Assembly: GCA_965198875.1 (NCBI GenBank)
Contig: CBDAPU010000001.1
Location: 1,544,996-1,608,995 of the forward strand
DNA length: 64,000 nucleotides
Direction of reading: 5' to 3'
Source: Gammaproteobacteria bacterium
Lineage (GTDB): Bacteria > Pseudomonadota > Gammaproteobacteria > Eutrophobiales > Eutrophobiaceae
In this document: one piece after another, positions 41,744 through 53,189 of the stretch
Layout of the letters: each line of letters opens with the position of its first letter
Position numbering within the stretch: the stretch's first letter is position 1
Notes under the pieces: model-generated
What the model saw: only the letters and a program-made list of their open reading frames with translations
Databases searched by the model: none
What the model was told of the DNA's origin: nothing
Position numbers and translations under genes: made by a program

Positions 41744-44623
41744 TCAATCGGGCAGGACTTCGGCCTTCTTTTTGCGGGTTGTCTTCTTGCGGGCTTTGCG
41801 CTTTCTAAATAGCGGTGCAAGATGCTGTCCCGTGTATGAGTGATGTTGCCTGGCTAATTCTTCAGGTGTGCCGAAGGCAATGATCTCACCGCCGCCATCA
41901 CCGCCTTCCGGGCCCAGATCGATAATCCAGTCCGCTGTTTTTATGACATCCAGATTATGCTCAATGATCACAACGGTGTTGCCATGATCCCTTAGCCTGT
42001 GCAATACACCGAGCAGTTGCTTCACATCATGAAAATGCAGTCCCGTGGTCGGCTCATCGAGGATATACAGGGTTTTACCCGTATCTCGCTTGGACAATTC
42101 CCGGGAGAGTTTCACCCTTTGCGCCTCACCCCCTGAGAGCGTCGTCGCATTTTGACCCAGGTGGATATAGGAAAGCCCCACATCGATCAATGTTTGCAAC
42201 TTGCGGGCGATCACCGGCACGGGATCAAAAAACGCCCTTGCCTCTTCCACCGTCATCTGCAACACCTCGTTGATGTTTTTACTTTTATAACGCACGTCCA
42301 GTGTTTCCCGGTTATATCGCCTGCCTTGACATACGTCACAGTCCACATACACATCCGGCAGAAAATGCATCTCAACCTTGATCACCCCGTCACCTTGACA
42401 GGCTTCACACCTGCCGCCTTTCACATTGAAGCTGAAACGACCGGGTTTATAGCCCCTGGAACGCGCCTCCTTCGTGGCCGAGAACAATTCCCTTATTGGC
42501 GTAAACAGCCCGGTGTATGTGGCCGGGTTTGAACGGGGCGTGCGTCCAATGGGGCTTTGATCTATATCGACAACCTTATCAATCTGTTTCAGTCCGGAAA
42601 TGGACTTATAGGGGGACGGATCGACGTTAGCGCCATTTAACTCCCGGCTGGCGATGCGATACAAGGTATCATTGATGAGGGTGGATTTGCCCGAGCCGGA
42701 CACCCCGGTCACACAGGTCATCAACCCCAGGGGTAATGCCAGTTTGATTGATTTCAGATTATTGCCCGTTGCGCCGCTGAGTCTTATTATCCGTTTTCTG
42801 TTATATGCGGTGCGCTCCCCGGGTATGTTGATCTGTGCGCGGCGGGACAAATAATCACCCGTCAACGATGCGGTATTGGCCGCAATGTCATCTGGCGCCC
42901 CCTGGGCGACAACACGTCCCCCATGTACACCTGCGCCCGGGCCCATGTCAATAACATGATCTGCGGCATTGATAGCCTCTTCATCATGCTCAACGACAAT
43001 GACGGTATTGCCTAGGTCCCTGAGGTGTTTCAATGTCGACAACAAGCGATGATTATCACGCTGATGCAACCCGATAGAGGGCTCATCCAGCACATACATG
43101 ACGCCCACCAGCCCGGCCCCGATTTGACTTGCCAGGCGTATACGCTGCGCCTCACCGCCGGATAAGGTCTCCGCGCTTCTGTCCAGGGTTAAATAATCCA
43201 GACCCACATTCACCAGAAACTGCAATCGCGCCCCCACTTCTTTCAGTATCTTCCCGGCAATCTCACCACGTCTACCCGGGATGTTTAACGTCAGGAAAAA
43301 GTCCTGGGCCGCTATCACCGGCATGGCCGTTATCTGCGGCAAACTCGTGTCATGGATAAACACATGCCGCGCCGATTGATTTAAGCGATGCCCATGACAG
43401 GATAGACAGGGCTGGCTGCTTTGATACTTCATCAGCTCTTCGCGCACCATGGATGACTCGGTTTCATGATAACGCCGTTGCATATTGGGTATGATCCCCT
43501 CAAAGGGATGGGTGCGTTTCACCGAGCCCCGTTTATCATGCAGATATTCAAATTCAATCTTCTCATCACCACTGCCGTTTAGGATGATCGAGCGGATTTT
43601 TTTGCCTAGCCTTGAAAAAGGGGCGTCAATATCAAATGTGTAGTGCTTCGCCAGCGATACCATCATCTGATAATAATAGGCATTGCGTCTGTCCCAACCG
43701 CAAATCGCCCCGCCGGGCAGGCTAAGAGAGGGATCCTGTACCACCTTGCCGGGGTCAAAAAACGGGATCATCCCAAGACCATCACAGGCAGGGCATGCCC
43801 CTGAGGGGTTATTAAAAGAGAACAACCGCGGCTCCATTTCACTTAAACTATAACCACATTCTGAGCAGGCGAAACGGGTTGAAAACACCAGCTCATCAGC
43901 CGTCTCATCGTCCATGGAAGAGACAATAACCAGGCCCTCAGAGAGCCTGATCGCCGTCTCCAGTGACTCCGCCAGACGCAAGGCGATATCCGCCCTGATC
44001 CGAAACCGATCAACGATGACCTCAATCGTATGTTTTTGACGCAAACCAAGAGCCGGGGCATTTTCCAACTCCATGACTTTCCCATCGATCCTTGCCCTGA
44101 CAAACCCCTCGGCCCTCAATCTATCCAGTATTTGCACATGCTCACCTTTGCGCCCCTGAACCACAGGCGCTAACAACATCAGAGCTTGCCCCTGCGGCTG
44201 CTCCAGGATCAAGTCCACCATCTGGCTGATGGTCTGCGCCGCCAGGGTGGTATTGTGAGTTGGACATCGAGGCTCACCGACCCGGGCGAACAATAACCGC
44301 AGATAATCGTAGATCTCGGTAATGGTGCCGACCGTTGAACGGGGGTTGTGTGAAGTGGATTTTTGCTCGATGGAGATGGCTGGCGATAGCCCTTCTATGT
44401 GATCGACATCGGGTTTTTCCATCATCGAGAGAAACTGCCGGGCATAGGCCGACAGGGACTCCACATAGCGCCGCTGCCCATCTGCATAAATCGTATCAAA
44501 GGCGAGGGAGGATTTACCGGAGCCGGATAGCCCGGTGATGACCACCAGTTTATCCCGCGGCAGATCCACGTCAATGCTTTTCAAATTGTGTGTTCTCGCC
44601 CCGCGAATCCTAATAGCGTTCAT
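41744..44623 (-). CDS. uvrA: excinuclease ABC subunit A
   Basis: 959 aa. Two ABC ATPase modules ([10 protein letters not shown]; [10 protein letters not shown]). Zinc-finger Cys clusters. Canonical N-terminus [15 protein letters not shown]. Confidence 0.95.
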   Translation of the reverse strand: MNAIRIRGARTHNLKSIDVDLPRDKLVVITGLSGSGKSSLAFDTIYADGQRRYVESLSAYARQFLSMMEKPDVDHIEGLSPAISIEQKSTSHNPRSTVGTITEIYDYLRLLFARVGEPRCPTHNTTLAAQTISQMVDLILEQPQGQALMLLAPVVQGRKGEHVQILDRLRAEGFVRARIDGKVMELENAPALGLRQKHTIEVIVDRFRIRADIALRLAESLETAIRLSEGLVIVSSMDDETADELVFSTRFACSECGYSLSEMEPRLFSFNNPSGACPACDGLGMIPFFDPGKVVQDPSLSLPGGAICGWDRRNAYYYQMMVSLAKHYTFDIDAPFSRLGKKIRSIILNGSGDEKIEFEYLHDKRGSVKRTHPFEGIIPNMQRRYHETESSMVREELMKYQSSQPCLSCHGHRLNQSARHVFIHDTSLPQITAMPVIAAQDFFLTLNIPGRRGEIAGKILKEVGARLQFLVNVGLDYLTLDRSAETLSGGEAQRIRLASQIGAGLVGVMYVLDEPSIGLHQRDNHRLLSTLKHLRDLGNTVIVVEHDEEAINAADHVIDMGPGAGVHGGRVVAQGAPDDIAANTASLTGDYLSRRAQINIPGERTAYNRKRIIRLSGATGNNLKSIKLALPLGLMTCVTGVSGSGKSTLINDTLYRIASRELNGANVDPSPYKSISGLKQIDKVVDIDQSPIGRTPRSNPATYTGLFTPIRELFSATKEARSRGYKPGRFSFNVKGGRCEACQGDGVIKVEMHFLPDVYVDCDVCQGRRYNRETLDVRYKSKNINEVLQMTVEEARAFFDPVPVIARKLQTLIDVGLSYIHLGQNATTLSGGEAQRVKLSRELSKRDTGKTLYILDEPTTGLHFHDVKQLLGVLHRLRDHGNTVVIIEHNLDVIKTADWIIDLGPEGGDGGGEIIAFGTPEELARQHHSYTGQHLAPLFRKRKARKKTTRKKKAEVLPD

Positions 44624-44722
44624 AATTGTTTAGATGAAATTTGGCTAACCTGCTAATATAAAATCTTTCGGTGGTGTTGATCAAACCGATTGCTTTCATC
44701 TCCAAAATAAAGGAGTAAAAAC

Positions 44723-45166
44723 ATGGCCAGCAGAGGAGTAAATAAAGTCATTCTTATCGGCAATTTAGGGAACGATCCGGACGTCAGATACACCCAGGCC
44801 GGCGCGGCGGTCGCCAACATCAGCCTGGCGACATCGGATACATGGCGTGATAAAGAAACAGGCAACCAGCAGGAGCGCACAGAATGGCACCGGATCGTAT
44901 TCTTTGGTCGATTGGCCGAGATCGTATCTGAATATCTGCGTAAAGGCGCCAAGGTATATGTGGAAGGGCGACTACAGACGAGAAAATGGCAGGATAAAGA
45001 AGGCCATGATCGCTATACCACCGAAATAGTCGCTAATGAGATGCAAATGCTCGATAGCAAAGGCAACTCAGGCGATGTTCATCAACCCCCCGCCAAACCT
45101 GCTGCATCCAGACATAGCGATGCGCAGGCAGACAGTGCGTTTGTGGACGATGACATACCGTTTTAG
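44723..45166 (+). CDS. ssb: single-stranded DNA-binding protein
   Basis: [24 protein letters not shown]... OB fold. Gly/Pro-rich tail ending DDDIPF. Divergent from uvrA. Confidence 0.95.
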   Translation: MASRGVNKVILIGNLGNDPDVRYTQAGAAVANISLATSDTWRDKETGNQQERTEWHRIVFFGRLAEIVSEYLRKGAKVYVEGRLQTRKWQDKEGHDRYTTEIVANEMQMLDSKGNSGDVHQPPAKPAASRHSDAQADSAFVDDDIPF

Positions 45167-45314
45167 ATGATCCTAAGGTTTAAGCCGTTACAAAGATAAA
45201 GACCGGTTCGATAACGTAGCGGGGATGAGGAGGCCCTGTTGGGGGGTATCAACGGCCGGGTATGCAGGGGCTATCGTCGATGTAAAGGGATGAAGATACC
45301 CTGTTGGGCGGGGC

Positions 45315-45803
45315 TCAGCGGTATTTATAGAGCGGCGGGGCGCCGTCTGCGGCGCTCTGGTATTTGACGGTGAAGTCCGCCAGGCCCTTCAAGGCGTCTT
45401 CCATGTTCTTATCGGCTCTCACCTGGAATGAATCAATGCCGCATCTTTGCATAAAGAATAACTGATCCCTCAACACATCCCCCACTGCCCGTAACTCACC
45501 CCGGTAGTTATACTTATCACGCAACAGACGCGCATGGGAGTAGGCGCGGCCATCCCTGAAATCAGGGAACGCTAATGCTATCAAGTCAAACACATGCAAG
45601 ACGTTGGCGATATCATCTACATTATCATCACCGTCCAGGCAAATGGCGATGTTTCCCTGATGTTGCGAGAGCGCTTGCTGATTATCAACCCAGTAGGCCA
45701 ACGGGATGATAAAATCTCCATCAGGCAGGGGATCTTCAGGTGCGAGAGCAACTATTCTCTGCCAATCGTCGGTGAGTATTTTGCCGCATTTAATGACTTG
45801 CAA
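45315..45803 (-). CDS. DUF934-family protein (sulfite-reductase-associated)
   Basis: The conserved DUF934 body is present. It sits immediately downstream of the sulfite-reductase hemoprotein gene, as in Pseudomonas. Start uncertain: a TTG at 45803 would overlap the cysI stop by 14 bp; the longest ORF to 45911 would overlap it by 120 bp. Confidence 0.55.
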   Translation of the reverse strand: MQVIKCGKILTDDWQRIVALAPEDPLPDGDFIIPLAYWVDNQQALSQHQGNIAICLDGDDNVDDIANVLHVFDLIALAFPDFRDGRAYSHARLLRDKYNYRGELRAVGDVLRDQLFFMQRCGIDSFQVRADKNMEDALKGLADFTVKYQSAADGAPPLYKYR

Positions 45804-47484
45804 CGCTATTTGCCTCCTGGCCCTCCCGGGCCGCCACCTCGTAGACCTTATCCCTAAACGGCTTAATCCCGATCCGCAAACAGGTTTCAAGAAATGGCTC
45901 ATCGCCCTCACGCCTTTGCAAATACACCTGCAAGATTTTATCTATGGTATCGGCCACGGCGTCCTTCGCCACGGCAGGCCCTAACCTCTCTCCAAGCCGT
46001 GCCCGATTGCCGGCGGAGCCACCCAAAGTGAGCTGATAGAACTCCTCGCCTTTTTTATTCACGCCCAGAATACCGATATGCCCCACATGATGATGTCCAC
46101 AGGCATTCATACAACCGGACATCTTTATTTGAAAGTCGCCGATATCATGCAGGTAGTCCAGCTCGGTAAAACGCGCATTAATTTGCCTGGCGATACCGAT
46201 TGAACCGGCATTGGCCAGATTGCAAAAGTCAAGGCCCGGACAACAGATCATGTCCGTCAACAGGCCAATATTGGGCGTGGCCAGTTGTTTCTCTTCTAAC
46301 GCCGCCCACAGATCATAAAGATCCGATTGTTTCACATGGGGCAGAAGCAGGTTTTGATCATGGCTAACCCGGGCCTCGGAATAACTGAACTGATCGGCCA
46401 GATCGGCAATGAAGCGCATCTGCTCGGCAGTGGCGTCCCCGGGGGGCATTTGTGGGGATTTCAGTGAAACGTAGACCGGGTGATAGCCGGTTTGCTTGTG
46501 TTTCTTCACATTGCGCCTCACCCATCTGCAAAAGTCGCCATCTGCCTGAAGGCGATCAGTGAAGGAGATGTCCTCACTGTCGGTGGTATCATAATCGGGC
46601 TCTGTGAAACAGCTTTTTACCCTGGCAATTTCTTTCTCATCCAGCAACAGGGCGGAGTCTTTTATACGCGCCCATTCCGCTTCCACCCGTTGCGTAAATT
46701 TTTCCGCACCAACAGCATTGATCAGTATTTTGATCCTGGCCTTGTTCATGTTATCGCGTCGGCCAAGCTGGTTATACACCCGCAGTATGGCCTCCAGATA
46801 CGACAACACATGTTTCTTCTCAAGGAAGGCACGGATACAAATACCAATAAACGGCGTACGCCCCAAACCGCCGCCCACTAACACCTTAAACCCCACTTCA
46901 CCCTGTGCGTTTGCGACCAGGTAGGCGCCGATATCATGGATCTGCACCGCCGCCCGGTCATTCTCAGCACCGGAGATAGCGATTTTGAATTTTCTGGGCA
47001 GGAACGAGAACTCCGGATGAAAGGTAGACCACTGGCGTATGATCTCACAATAGGGGCGCGGATCTTCCAACTCATCCTCGGCGATACCGGCAAAGTGATC
47101 GGAGGTGATGTTGCGAATGCAGTTACCGCTGGTCTGAATGGCGTGCATCTGCACCGTGGCCAAGTCCGCCAGGATGTCCGGCACCCGCTCCAATGCAGGC
47201 CAGTTGAACTGAATGTTCTGCCGCGTGCTGAAATGGCCATAACCCCTGTCGTACTTCTCGGCGATATGGGCGAGCATACGTAACTGCCTTGAGGATAACA
47301 GGCCGTAAGGGATGGCCACACGTAACATGGGCGCATGACGCTGAATATACAGGCCATTCATCAAGCGCAGGGGGCGGTATTCATCCTCGCTCAATTCGCC
47401 TTTGAGGAAACGTTCCGTTTGATCGCGGAACTGGGCGATGCGTTCATTGACGATCTGCTGATCGTACTCGTCATACTGGTACAT
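45790..47484 (-). CDS. cysI: sulfite (or nitrite) reductase hemoprotein, siroheme/[4Fe-4S] NirA/CysI type
   Basis: 564 aa. Two nitrite/sulfite-reductase ferredoxin-like half-domains and a Cys cluster (CPGLDFC...C...C). Confidence 0.8.
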   Translation of the reverse strand: MYQYDEYDQQIVNERIAQFRDQTERFLKGELSEDEYRPLRLMNGLYIQRHAPMLRVAIPYGLLSSRQLRMLAHIAEKYDRGYGHFSTRQNIQFNWPALERVPDILADLATVQMHAIQTSGNCIRNITSDHFAGIAEDELEDPRPYCEIIRQWSTFHPEFSFLPRKFKIAISGAENDRAAVQIHDIGAYLVANAQGEVGFKVLVGGGLGRTPFIGICIRAFLEKKHVLSYLEAILRVYNQLGRRDNMNKARIKILINAVGAEKFTQRVEAEWARIKDSALLLDEKEIARVKSCFTEPDYDTTDSEDISFTDRLQADGDFCRWVRRNVKKHKQTGYHPVYVSLKSPQMPPGDATAEQMRFIADLADQFSYSEARVSHDQNLLLPHVKQSDLYDLWAALEEKQLATPNIGLLTDMICCPGLDFCNLANAGSIGIARQINARFTELDYLHDIGDFQIKMSGCMNACGHHHVGHIGILGVNKKGEEFYQLTLGGSAGNRARLGERLGPAVAKDAVADTIDKILQVYLQRREGDEPFLETCLRIGIKPFRDKVYEVAAREGQEANSVASH

Positions 47485-47619
47485 AAGCGCTGATGATCAC
47501 ACCTGGCTATAGGAGAAGCGGTGCAAGATAGCAATAACGCTTTATGCAGAGAAGTACTTAATTTAACTAAATATATAATTAAATCGCATAAAAGGTGGGT
47601 TATAACGCCTTGATGATGT

Positions 47620-49674
47620 CTACTCGCCTTCCTCGGCTGAGGGCTTGTATTCGGCCATCAGCGCTTTTTGGGTTTTCACAGGGACGGGGTCATAGTGACT
47701 GAAACTGAGGGAAAACGAACCCGCCCCGCCGGTCATTGACTTTAACTGTGACGGGTAACTCTCCAGCTCACTCATGGGCGCTGTGGCCGTGATCGTGGTC
47801 ATCCCGCCGGGCATCGCCAGGGTATTACTGATCCGCCCGCGTTTGCCGGATAAATCCGCGTTGATATCCCCCATGGCATCATTGGGCGCGGTCACAGCCA
47901 GTTCAACGATGGGTTCCAGTACCACCGGTTTGGCCCGATGAACCGCGTCAAGAAAGGCTTTCTTGCCGGCGGCGATAAAAGCGACTTCTTTGGAGTCCAC
48001 CGCATGGTGCTTGCCATCATAGACGGTGACCTTGACGTCCTGCATGGGATTACCCGACAGGGCGCCACCCTCCAGCGCCTGTTTTATGCCTTTCTCCACC
48101 GCTGGTATAAAGGGTTTGGGGATGACGCCGCCCACGACCGCATCGACAAACTCAAAACCACCCCCGCGCGGCAGGGGCTCGATCCTTAAAAACACTTCGC
48201 CGAATTGCCCGGCGCCGCCGGTTTGTTTCTTGTGTCTGTGATGGCCTTCGGCTTTGGCGGTGATGGTTTCCTTATAGGCGATTTTGGGGGGATGGGTTTC
48301 AACCTCCACATGATAGCGTTGCTTTAACTTCTCCAGCATCATGCGTAAATGAAGCTCGCCCAGGCCGCGGATCACGGTTTCATTGGTGCTCGCATTATGT
48401 TCAACAACAAAGCTCTGATCTTCCGCCTCCAGCTTGTGTATGGCATCGGATATCTTTTGCTCATCACCCCGGCTTCTCGCCTGTATCGCCAGGCCATACA
48501 TGGGGGCGGGAATGTCGATGGAGCGAAGGTGAATGTGATCTTCATCATGGGAGTTGTGCAATACGGAATCAAACTGGATCTCATCTACCTTCGCCACCGC
48601 ACAGATATCACCGGGGATCCCTTTATCTATTTCAATGTGCTCTTTACCCTGCAACTTCAGTAAATGGCCCACCTTAAAGGGTTTTCGCCCATCGCCAATA
48701 AAAAGCTGGCTATCTTTGCTCACCGAGCCCTGATGGATCCTGAATATACCCAGCTTGCCGATAAAGGGATCGATATTTACCTTGAACACATGGGCCAGTA
48801 CATGGCTGTCGGGATCAGGCGCTATGCTGATCGCTTTCGCTCCATCGCCCTCACCCCGGTAGAATTGCGGCGGGTTTCCCTCGCCAGGGTTAGGGATCAA
48901 TTTAGCGAATATGTCCAGTAATTCCGGCACACCCGCACCGGTTTGCGCTGAAACAAAACACACCGGGATCAGGTGACCTTCCCTCAGCGCCTGCTCAAAG
49001 GGCTCATGTAGTTGCTCAGGCCGAATATCCTCTCCCTGCTCCAGGTATTGCTCCATCAACGCCTCATCCAGCTCCACCACCTGATCAATGATATGCGTGT
49101 GGGCCTCTTCAACAGAGGAGAAAACCGTGTCTTTACCGCTGGCTTGAAAGAAACAATCGACCACCTCGGCGCCGCCCGCCGCAGGCAGGTTCAGCGGTAA
49201 ACATTCCCTGCCATAGGTTTCTCTGAGCTGCTGTAACAGTAATTCCAGATCGGTTTCTTCAACATCGATTTTATTCACAATAATGAGCCGCTCCATGTGC
49301 CTGTCCTTCGCTACCTCCATCATCTTTCTCGTTACCAGCTCGATGCCCGTTTGTGCATTCACCACCACAGCGCATGTTTCCACCGCCGGCAAGACCGAGA
49401 GCGCACGGCCAAGAAAGTCGGGGTAGCCGGGCGTATCAATAAGATGAATATGCCCGCCGTGGTAATCCATGCTGATCACAGCGCTGTCCAGGGAATGTTG
49501 ATGCGCCCTCTCCTGTGGATCAAAATCGCATACCGTGGTGCCTTTCTCTACCGAGCCCATTTGCTTGATCACACCGGCCTGATGCAACAGGGCCTCAACG
49601 AGGGTGGTCTTGCCTGCACCGCCGTGTCCGGTAATCGCAATATTGCGAATGTCCTCAGTTGTATAGCTCGCCAT
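47620..49674 (-). CDS. elongation factor G-family GTPase (EF-G paralogue, not in str operon context)
   Basis: G1 AITGHGGAGKTT, G3 DTPGYPDF, G4 NKID. Domains II-V present. 684 aa. Confidence 0.8.
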   Translation of the reverse strand: MASYTTEDIRNIAITGHGGAGKTTLVEALLHQAGVIKQMGSVEKGTTVCDFDPQERAHQHSLDSAVISMDYHGGHIHLIDTPGYPDFLGRALSVLPAVETCAVVVNAQTGIELVTRKMMEVAKDRHMERLIIVNKIDVEETDLELLLQQLRETYGRECLPLNLPAAGGAEVVDCFFQASGKDTVFSSVEEAHTHIIDQVVELDEALMEQYLEQGEDIRPEQLHEPFEQALREGHLIPVCFVSAQTGAGVPELLDIFAKLIPNPGEGNPPQFYRGEGDGAKAISIAPDPDSHVLAHVFKVNIDPFIGKLGIFRIHQGSVSKDSQLFIGDGRKPFKVGHLLKLQGKEHIEIDKGIPGDICAVAKVDEIQFDSVLHNSHDEDHIHLRSIDIPAPMYGLAIQARSRGDEQKISDAIHKLEAEDQSFVVEHNASTNETVIRGLGELHLRMMLEKLKQRYHVEVETHPPKIAYKETITAKAEGHHRHKKQTGGAGQFGEVFLRIEPLPRGGGFEFVDAVVGGVIPKPFIPAVEKGIKQALEGGALSGNPMQDVKVTVYDGKHHAVDSKEVAFIAAGKKAFLDAVHRAKPVVLEPIVELAVTAPNDAMGDINADLSGKRGRISNTLAMPGGMTTITATAPMSELESYPSQLKSMTGGAGSFSLSFSHYDPVPVKTQKALMAEYKPSAEEGE

Positions 49675-49870
49675 CGGCTGCTCCTCTTCTCGTGTGGTTG
49701 TCTCCCTTAACCGCCAAGCATAAATAATGCCGGGAAACTATGAAAGCGCATTATGTCACTTTGCCTGATCACCCCCTGACACATTCTGCGCAAGGGTCTT
49801 TGGCGGTTAAACCCGACTGATAGCATAAGGGGTTGTTTTATAAGCCAATGTCATGGTGTTGACGCCGTCG

Positions 49871-50965
49871 CTATGGGGGCAGATGCGGCCTCGCCAGATA
49901 GTCATGGGATTGCATTTCCATGAGTCGGCTACTGGTACGGGCAAATATATCGGCATGACGCCGACCGAGATACAGATCCTGAATGTTGACTTCGGCGGTC
50001 ATGATGAGCTTGACGTTTCTGTCGTAGAACTCATCAACCAGCATGATAAATCGCCTCGCTGCATCATTGCTCATATCGTCCATGGCCGGGACGTTTTCGA
50101 TGAGCACCGTCTGGAACTGTTTGGCGATTTCAATATAGTCCGCAACGCCTCTCGGCCCGTCACAAATCTCATAAAAATCAAACCACACCACACTGGCCGC
50201 AAAGCGTCTTACCTTAATCTTGCGCCCCTCGATCTCAATGGTGGAATTGACCCTGCCAGCTTCCGGGGATATGGCGGCGAAACTTGCCTTTAATCTATCA
50301 CGGCCTTCGCTATCTAACGGGTAATGATAGATCTTCGCCTGATCGAGATAACGCAGACGATAATCCGTTTCAGTATCCAGGTTTAGAATCTCGGTATGTC
50401 TTTTTATTAACGCGATGGCGGGCAAAAACCGCTCCCTTTGCAGGCCATCCCAGTACAGCTTTTCAGGGTGTTGGTTAGAGGTGGCGACGAATGTGACGCC
50501 CTGCCCAAACAGGGCATGAAACAGACCGCTCAGGAGCATGGCGTCGGTAATGTCGGAGACATGAAACTCATCGAAACACATGACGACAACATCCCTGGCC
50601 AGTTTAGCGGCGATGCGCCCCAGGGGATCGGCAACGTTTTGCATGGACTTTAATTCGCTATGCACCATCTGCATGAAACGATGAAAATGGATGCGAGTTT
50701 TGTTATCAAAGGGAAGGCATTCATAGAATGAGTCGATGATATAGGTTTTCCCACGCCCCACTCCGCCCCACAGATACAGACCCTTTAGCGGTTGCTTTTG
50801 TTCGCCAAGAAACCTTAAAAAACCACCACTCGCAAAACCCCTTGCCTTATCTTTCGTGAGCGCATGGTATAAACCCTCCGTATGCCTGACGATGTCCATC
50901 TGCACCGGATCGGAGATGATTTTTCTCTCCCTGATATCGGATTCATAGCGTTGCAACGGCGTCAT
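49871..50965 (-). CDS. zapE: AFG1-like ATPase ZapE
   Basis: Walker A GGVGRGKT. Conserved ZapE N-terminal region. 364 aa. Confidence 0.8.
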   Translation of the reverse strand: MTPLQRYESDIRERKIISDPVQMDIVRHTEGLYHALTKDKARGFASGGFLRFLGEQKQPLKGLYLWGGVGRGKTYIIDSFYECLPFDNKTRIHFHRFMQMVHSELKSMQNVADPLGRIAAKLARDVVVMCFDEFHVSDITDAMLLSGLFHALFGQGVTFVATSNQHPEKLYWDGLQRERFLPAIALIKRHTEILNLDTETDYRLRYLDQAKIYHYPLDSEGRDRLKASFAAISPEAGRVNSTIEIEGRKIKVRRFAASVVWFDFYEICDGPRGVADYIEIAKQFQTVLIENVPAMDDMSNDAARRFIMLVDEFYDRNVKLIMTAEVNIQDLYLGRRHADIFARTSSRLMEMQSHDYLARPHLPP

Positions 50966-51045
50966 CGTGTTATGATTATTTCGCTTATGATCATGATGAA
51001 TACGCCATCCCGGTTATTATACAAAGGCGGCAAGGGGTAGAGAAG

Positions 51046-51732
51046 ATGTTGGTTGCAGCGCTCCTCGGTTTGTTGTTTGTCGTCATTCTCGCCCCCCACT
51101 TCTGGATAAAGTATGTGTTCAAACGTTATAACACCGCAATCGACTCTTTGCCGGGCACAGGCGGGGAGCTGGCGCAGCATTTAATTAACAGGCTGAACCT
51201 GAATGAGTGCAAGGTAGAAATATCTGAAAAAGAGGGCGATCACTACAACCCTGAAAATAAAACCGTTTGTCTATCCCCGGGCGTTCATGATCATAAATCC
51301 ATCACGGCCGTCGTCATCGCCGCCCATGAAGTAGGCCATGCACTACAGCATGATGCAAACTTCAAGCCCCTTTACCTGCGTTGCAGTCTGGCGAGGTTTA
51401 TCGCCGTCACCGAGAAGCTCGCATCCATCGTGCTGATCAGCTTTCCTTTTGTCACCATGCTCAGCAAACTGCCGATCATCGGCGTCATCATGCTGGCCTC
51501 AGGGTTGTCCATCCTCGTGCTCCCCATCGTATTTCACCTTGTCACATTGCCCGTTGAATGGGACGCCAGTTTCAACCGGGCGCTGCCTATTCTCATAGAA
51601 GGGCAATACTTACCAGCGGATGCTGAGCCGGTTGTGCGCCGCATATTAACTGCCGCCGCACTCACCTATGTGTCTGCATCTTTGGCCAGCCTGCTTAACT
51701 TCTACAGATGGATTGCGTTCCTTAGAAGGTAA
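51046..51732 (+). CDS. membrane zinc metallopeptidase (YugP-like, HExxH)
   Basis: N-terminal TM helix, HEVGHALQH zinc-binding motif, additional C-terminal TM helices. 228 aa. Confidence 0.65.
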   Translation: MLVAALLGLLFVVILAPHFWIKYVFKRYNTAIDSLPGTGGELAQHLINRLNLNECKVEISEKEGDHYNPENKTVCLSPGVHDHKSITAVVIAAHEVGHALQHDANFKPLYLRCSLARFIAVTEKLASIVLISFPFVTMLSKLPIIGVIMLASGLSILVLPIVFHLVTLPVEWDASFNRALPILIEGQYLPADAEPVVRRILTAAALTYVSASLASLLNFYRWIAFLRR

Positions 51733-51735
51733 CTA

Positions 51736-52809
51736 TCAGAGCAGTGTCTGTTGCATCCCGGGCAACACCGGGCGCTTAAACAGCGCGGTATTTAACTGCT
51801 GTCGATGATTATTTAGCCCAAGTCGTTTGCAGGTAATATGAAAACGATCATGGATCAATTTAGCGAACACACCATCACCCTTCATGCGGCTGAAATAGCC
51901 CGGATCGTTTTCTTTGCCGGCGCGCAGATCACGGATCACATTAAACACCCGCGCTATCTTCTGGGGCTCGTGTTGCGCCAGCCACTCCCTGAACAGGGTC
52001 TTCACTTCGTGGGGTAGTCGAAGCATCACATAGCCGGCGGTATCGGCGCCGGCAGCTTTGGCCGCATCAAGCACCGCCTCCATCTCGGCGTCATTGATAA
52101 ACGGGATCACAGGTGCGAACATAACGCCAGTGGGGATCCCGGCTGCACTCAGTTTTTTTATCGTTTCAAGGCGACGTTTGGGGGCGGTGGTTCTTGGTTC
52201 AAGCCGCCGGGTTAGATCCTGTTGCAACGACGTCACGGACAGGAAAACCCTGAGCAGGCCTTTTTTAGCCATGGGGCTGAGCAGATCCCGATCCCGCTCT
52301 ACCAACCAGGACTTGGTGACGATAGACAAAGGGTGATCACAATCATGCAGCACCTGAATAATATCCCGTGTGATCCCCAATTCCCGCTCAGCAGGCTGAT
52401 AGGGATCGGTGTTTGTGCCCATGGCGATGGGCTTGCAAACATACCCTGGGCGGCTTAATTCGTTTATCAGTAGCTCCCCGGCATGGGTTTTAGCGAATAT
52501 CTTCGTCTCAAAGTCTATGCCCGGCGACAGATCGAAGTAGGCATGGGTAGGTCTCGCATAACAATAAACACAACCATGCTCACAACCACGGTAGGGGTTG
52601 ATGGATGTTTCAAAGGGGATATCGGGCGAGCTGTTGCGGGTGATGATGGTCTTCGCCTTCTCATGCCGGATTTCCGTTTTCATCTTCTCGCTGGCCGCCT
52701 CCTGCATCCATCCATCATCGAAATCTTCTCTTTGATACTCAAGATAGCGGCCATCAACACTCGAGGCCGTGCCCCTGCCTTTCGCAATGGCTTTAACCTT
52801 GCTGCTCAT
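51736..52809 (-). CDS. radical SAM protein (PA0069-like family)
   Basis: CEHGCVYC (Cx3Cx2C) cluster motif near the N-terminus. 357 aa. Confidence 0.7.
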   Translation of the reverse strand: MSSKVKAIAKGRGTASSVDGRYLEYQREDFDDGWMQEAASEKMKTEIRHEKAKTIITRNSSPDIPFETSINPYRGCEHGCVYCYARPTHAYFDLSPGIDFETKIFAKTHAGELLINELSRPGYVCKPIAMGTNTDPYQPAERELGITRDIIQVLHDCDHPLSIVTKSWLVERDRDLLSPMAKKGLLRVFLSVTSLQQDLTRRLEPRTTAPKRRLETIKKLSAAGIPTGVMFAPVIPFINDAEMEAVLDAAKAAGADTAGYVMLRLPHEVKTLFREWLAQHEPQKIARVFNVIRDLRAGKENDPGYFSRMKGDGVFAKLIHDRFHITCKRLGLNNHRQQLNTALFKRPVLPGMQQTLL

Positions 52810-52838
52810 CCTGGAGGATCAATGCAATCTTCAGCATC

Positions 52839-52939
52839 GGTGTTTAGTGCGTTCATCGCCGTGTTGTTATCCATCTAACACGCCGTTTATCTGCATCATG
52901 CAAGGTGTTTAGTGCGCTCATAGCCGTGTTGTTACCCAT
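52839..52939. repeat. two tandem repeats (65-bp period) GGTGTTTAGTGCG(T/C)TCAT(C/A)GCCGTGTTGTTA(T/C)CCAT between the radical-SAM gene and rmuC
   Basis: Copies at 52839 and 52904. Confidence 0.7.
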
Positions 52940-53189
52940 TTTACAGATCACTCACGGCAGCAAACGATCTGCCGCATCAACATAAAAACCCGCATCCAGC
53001 CCGGGCTATTCATTTATCTGCAAGCCATAATACCATCCCTGGCAAGGCAAAACCCTCTAAAGATGTTTCAATCAGCCCCTGGATGTATAACGAGCGGTTT
53101 GCATTTCTGCAAAAATATCCTCGCCCGGGCGCCATTTTATATAAACCGGCGTGTATCTCGGTTAAGGTAATCTGGCATAATAATCCCAC

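Noticed and set aside
44624-44722. LexA/SOS box in the uvrA-ssb divergent promoter (CTGCTAATATAAAATC)
   Set aside because: Only the CTG half-site is present. The distal CAG half is missing, so it does not fit CTGT-N8-ACAG.
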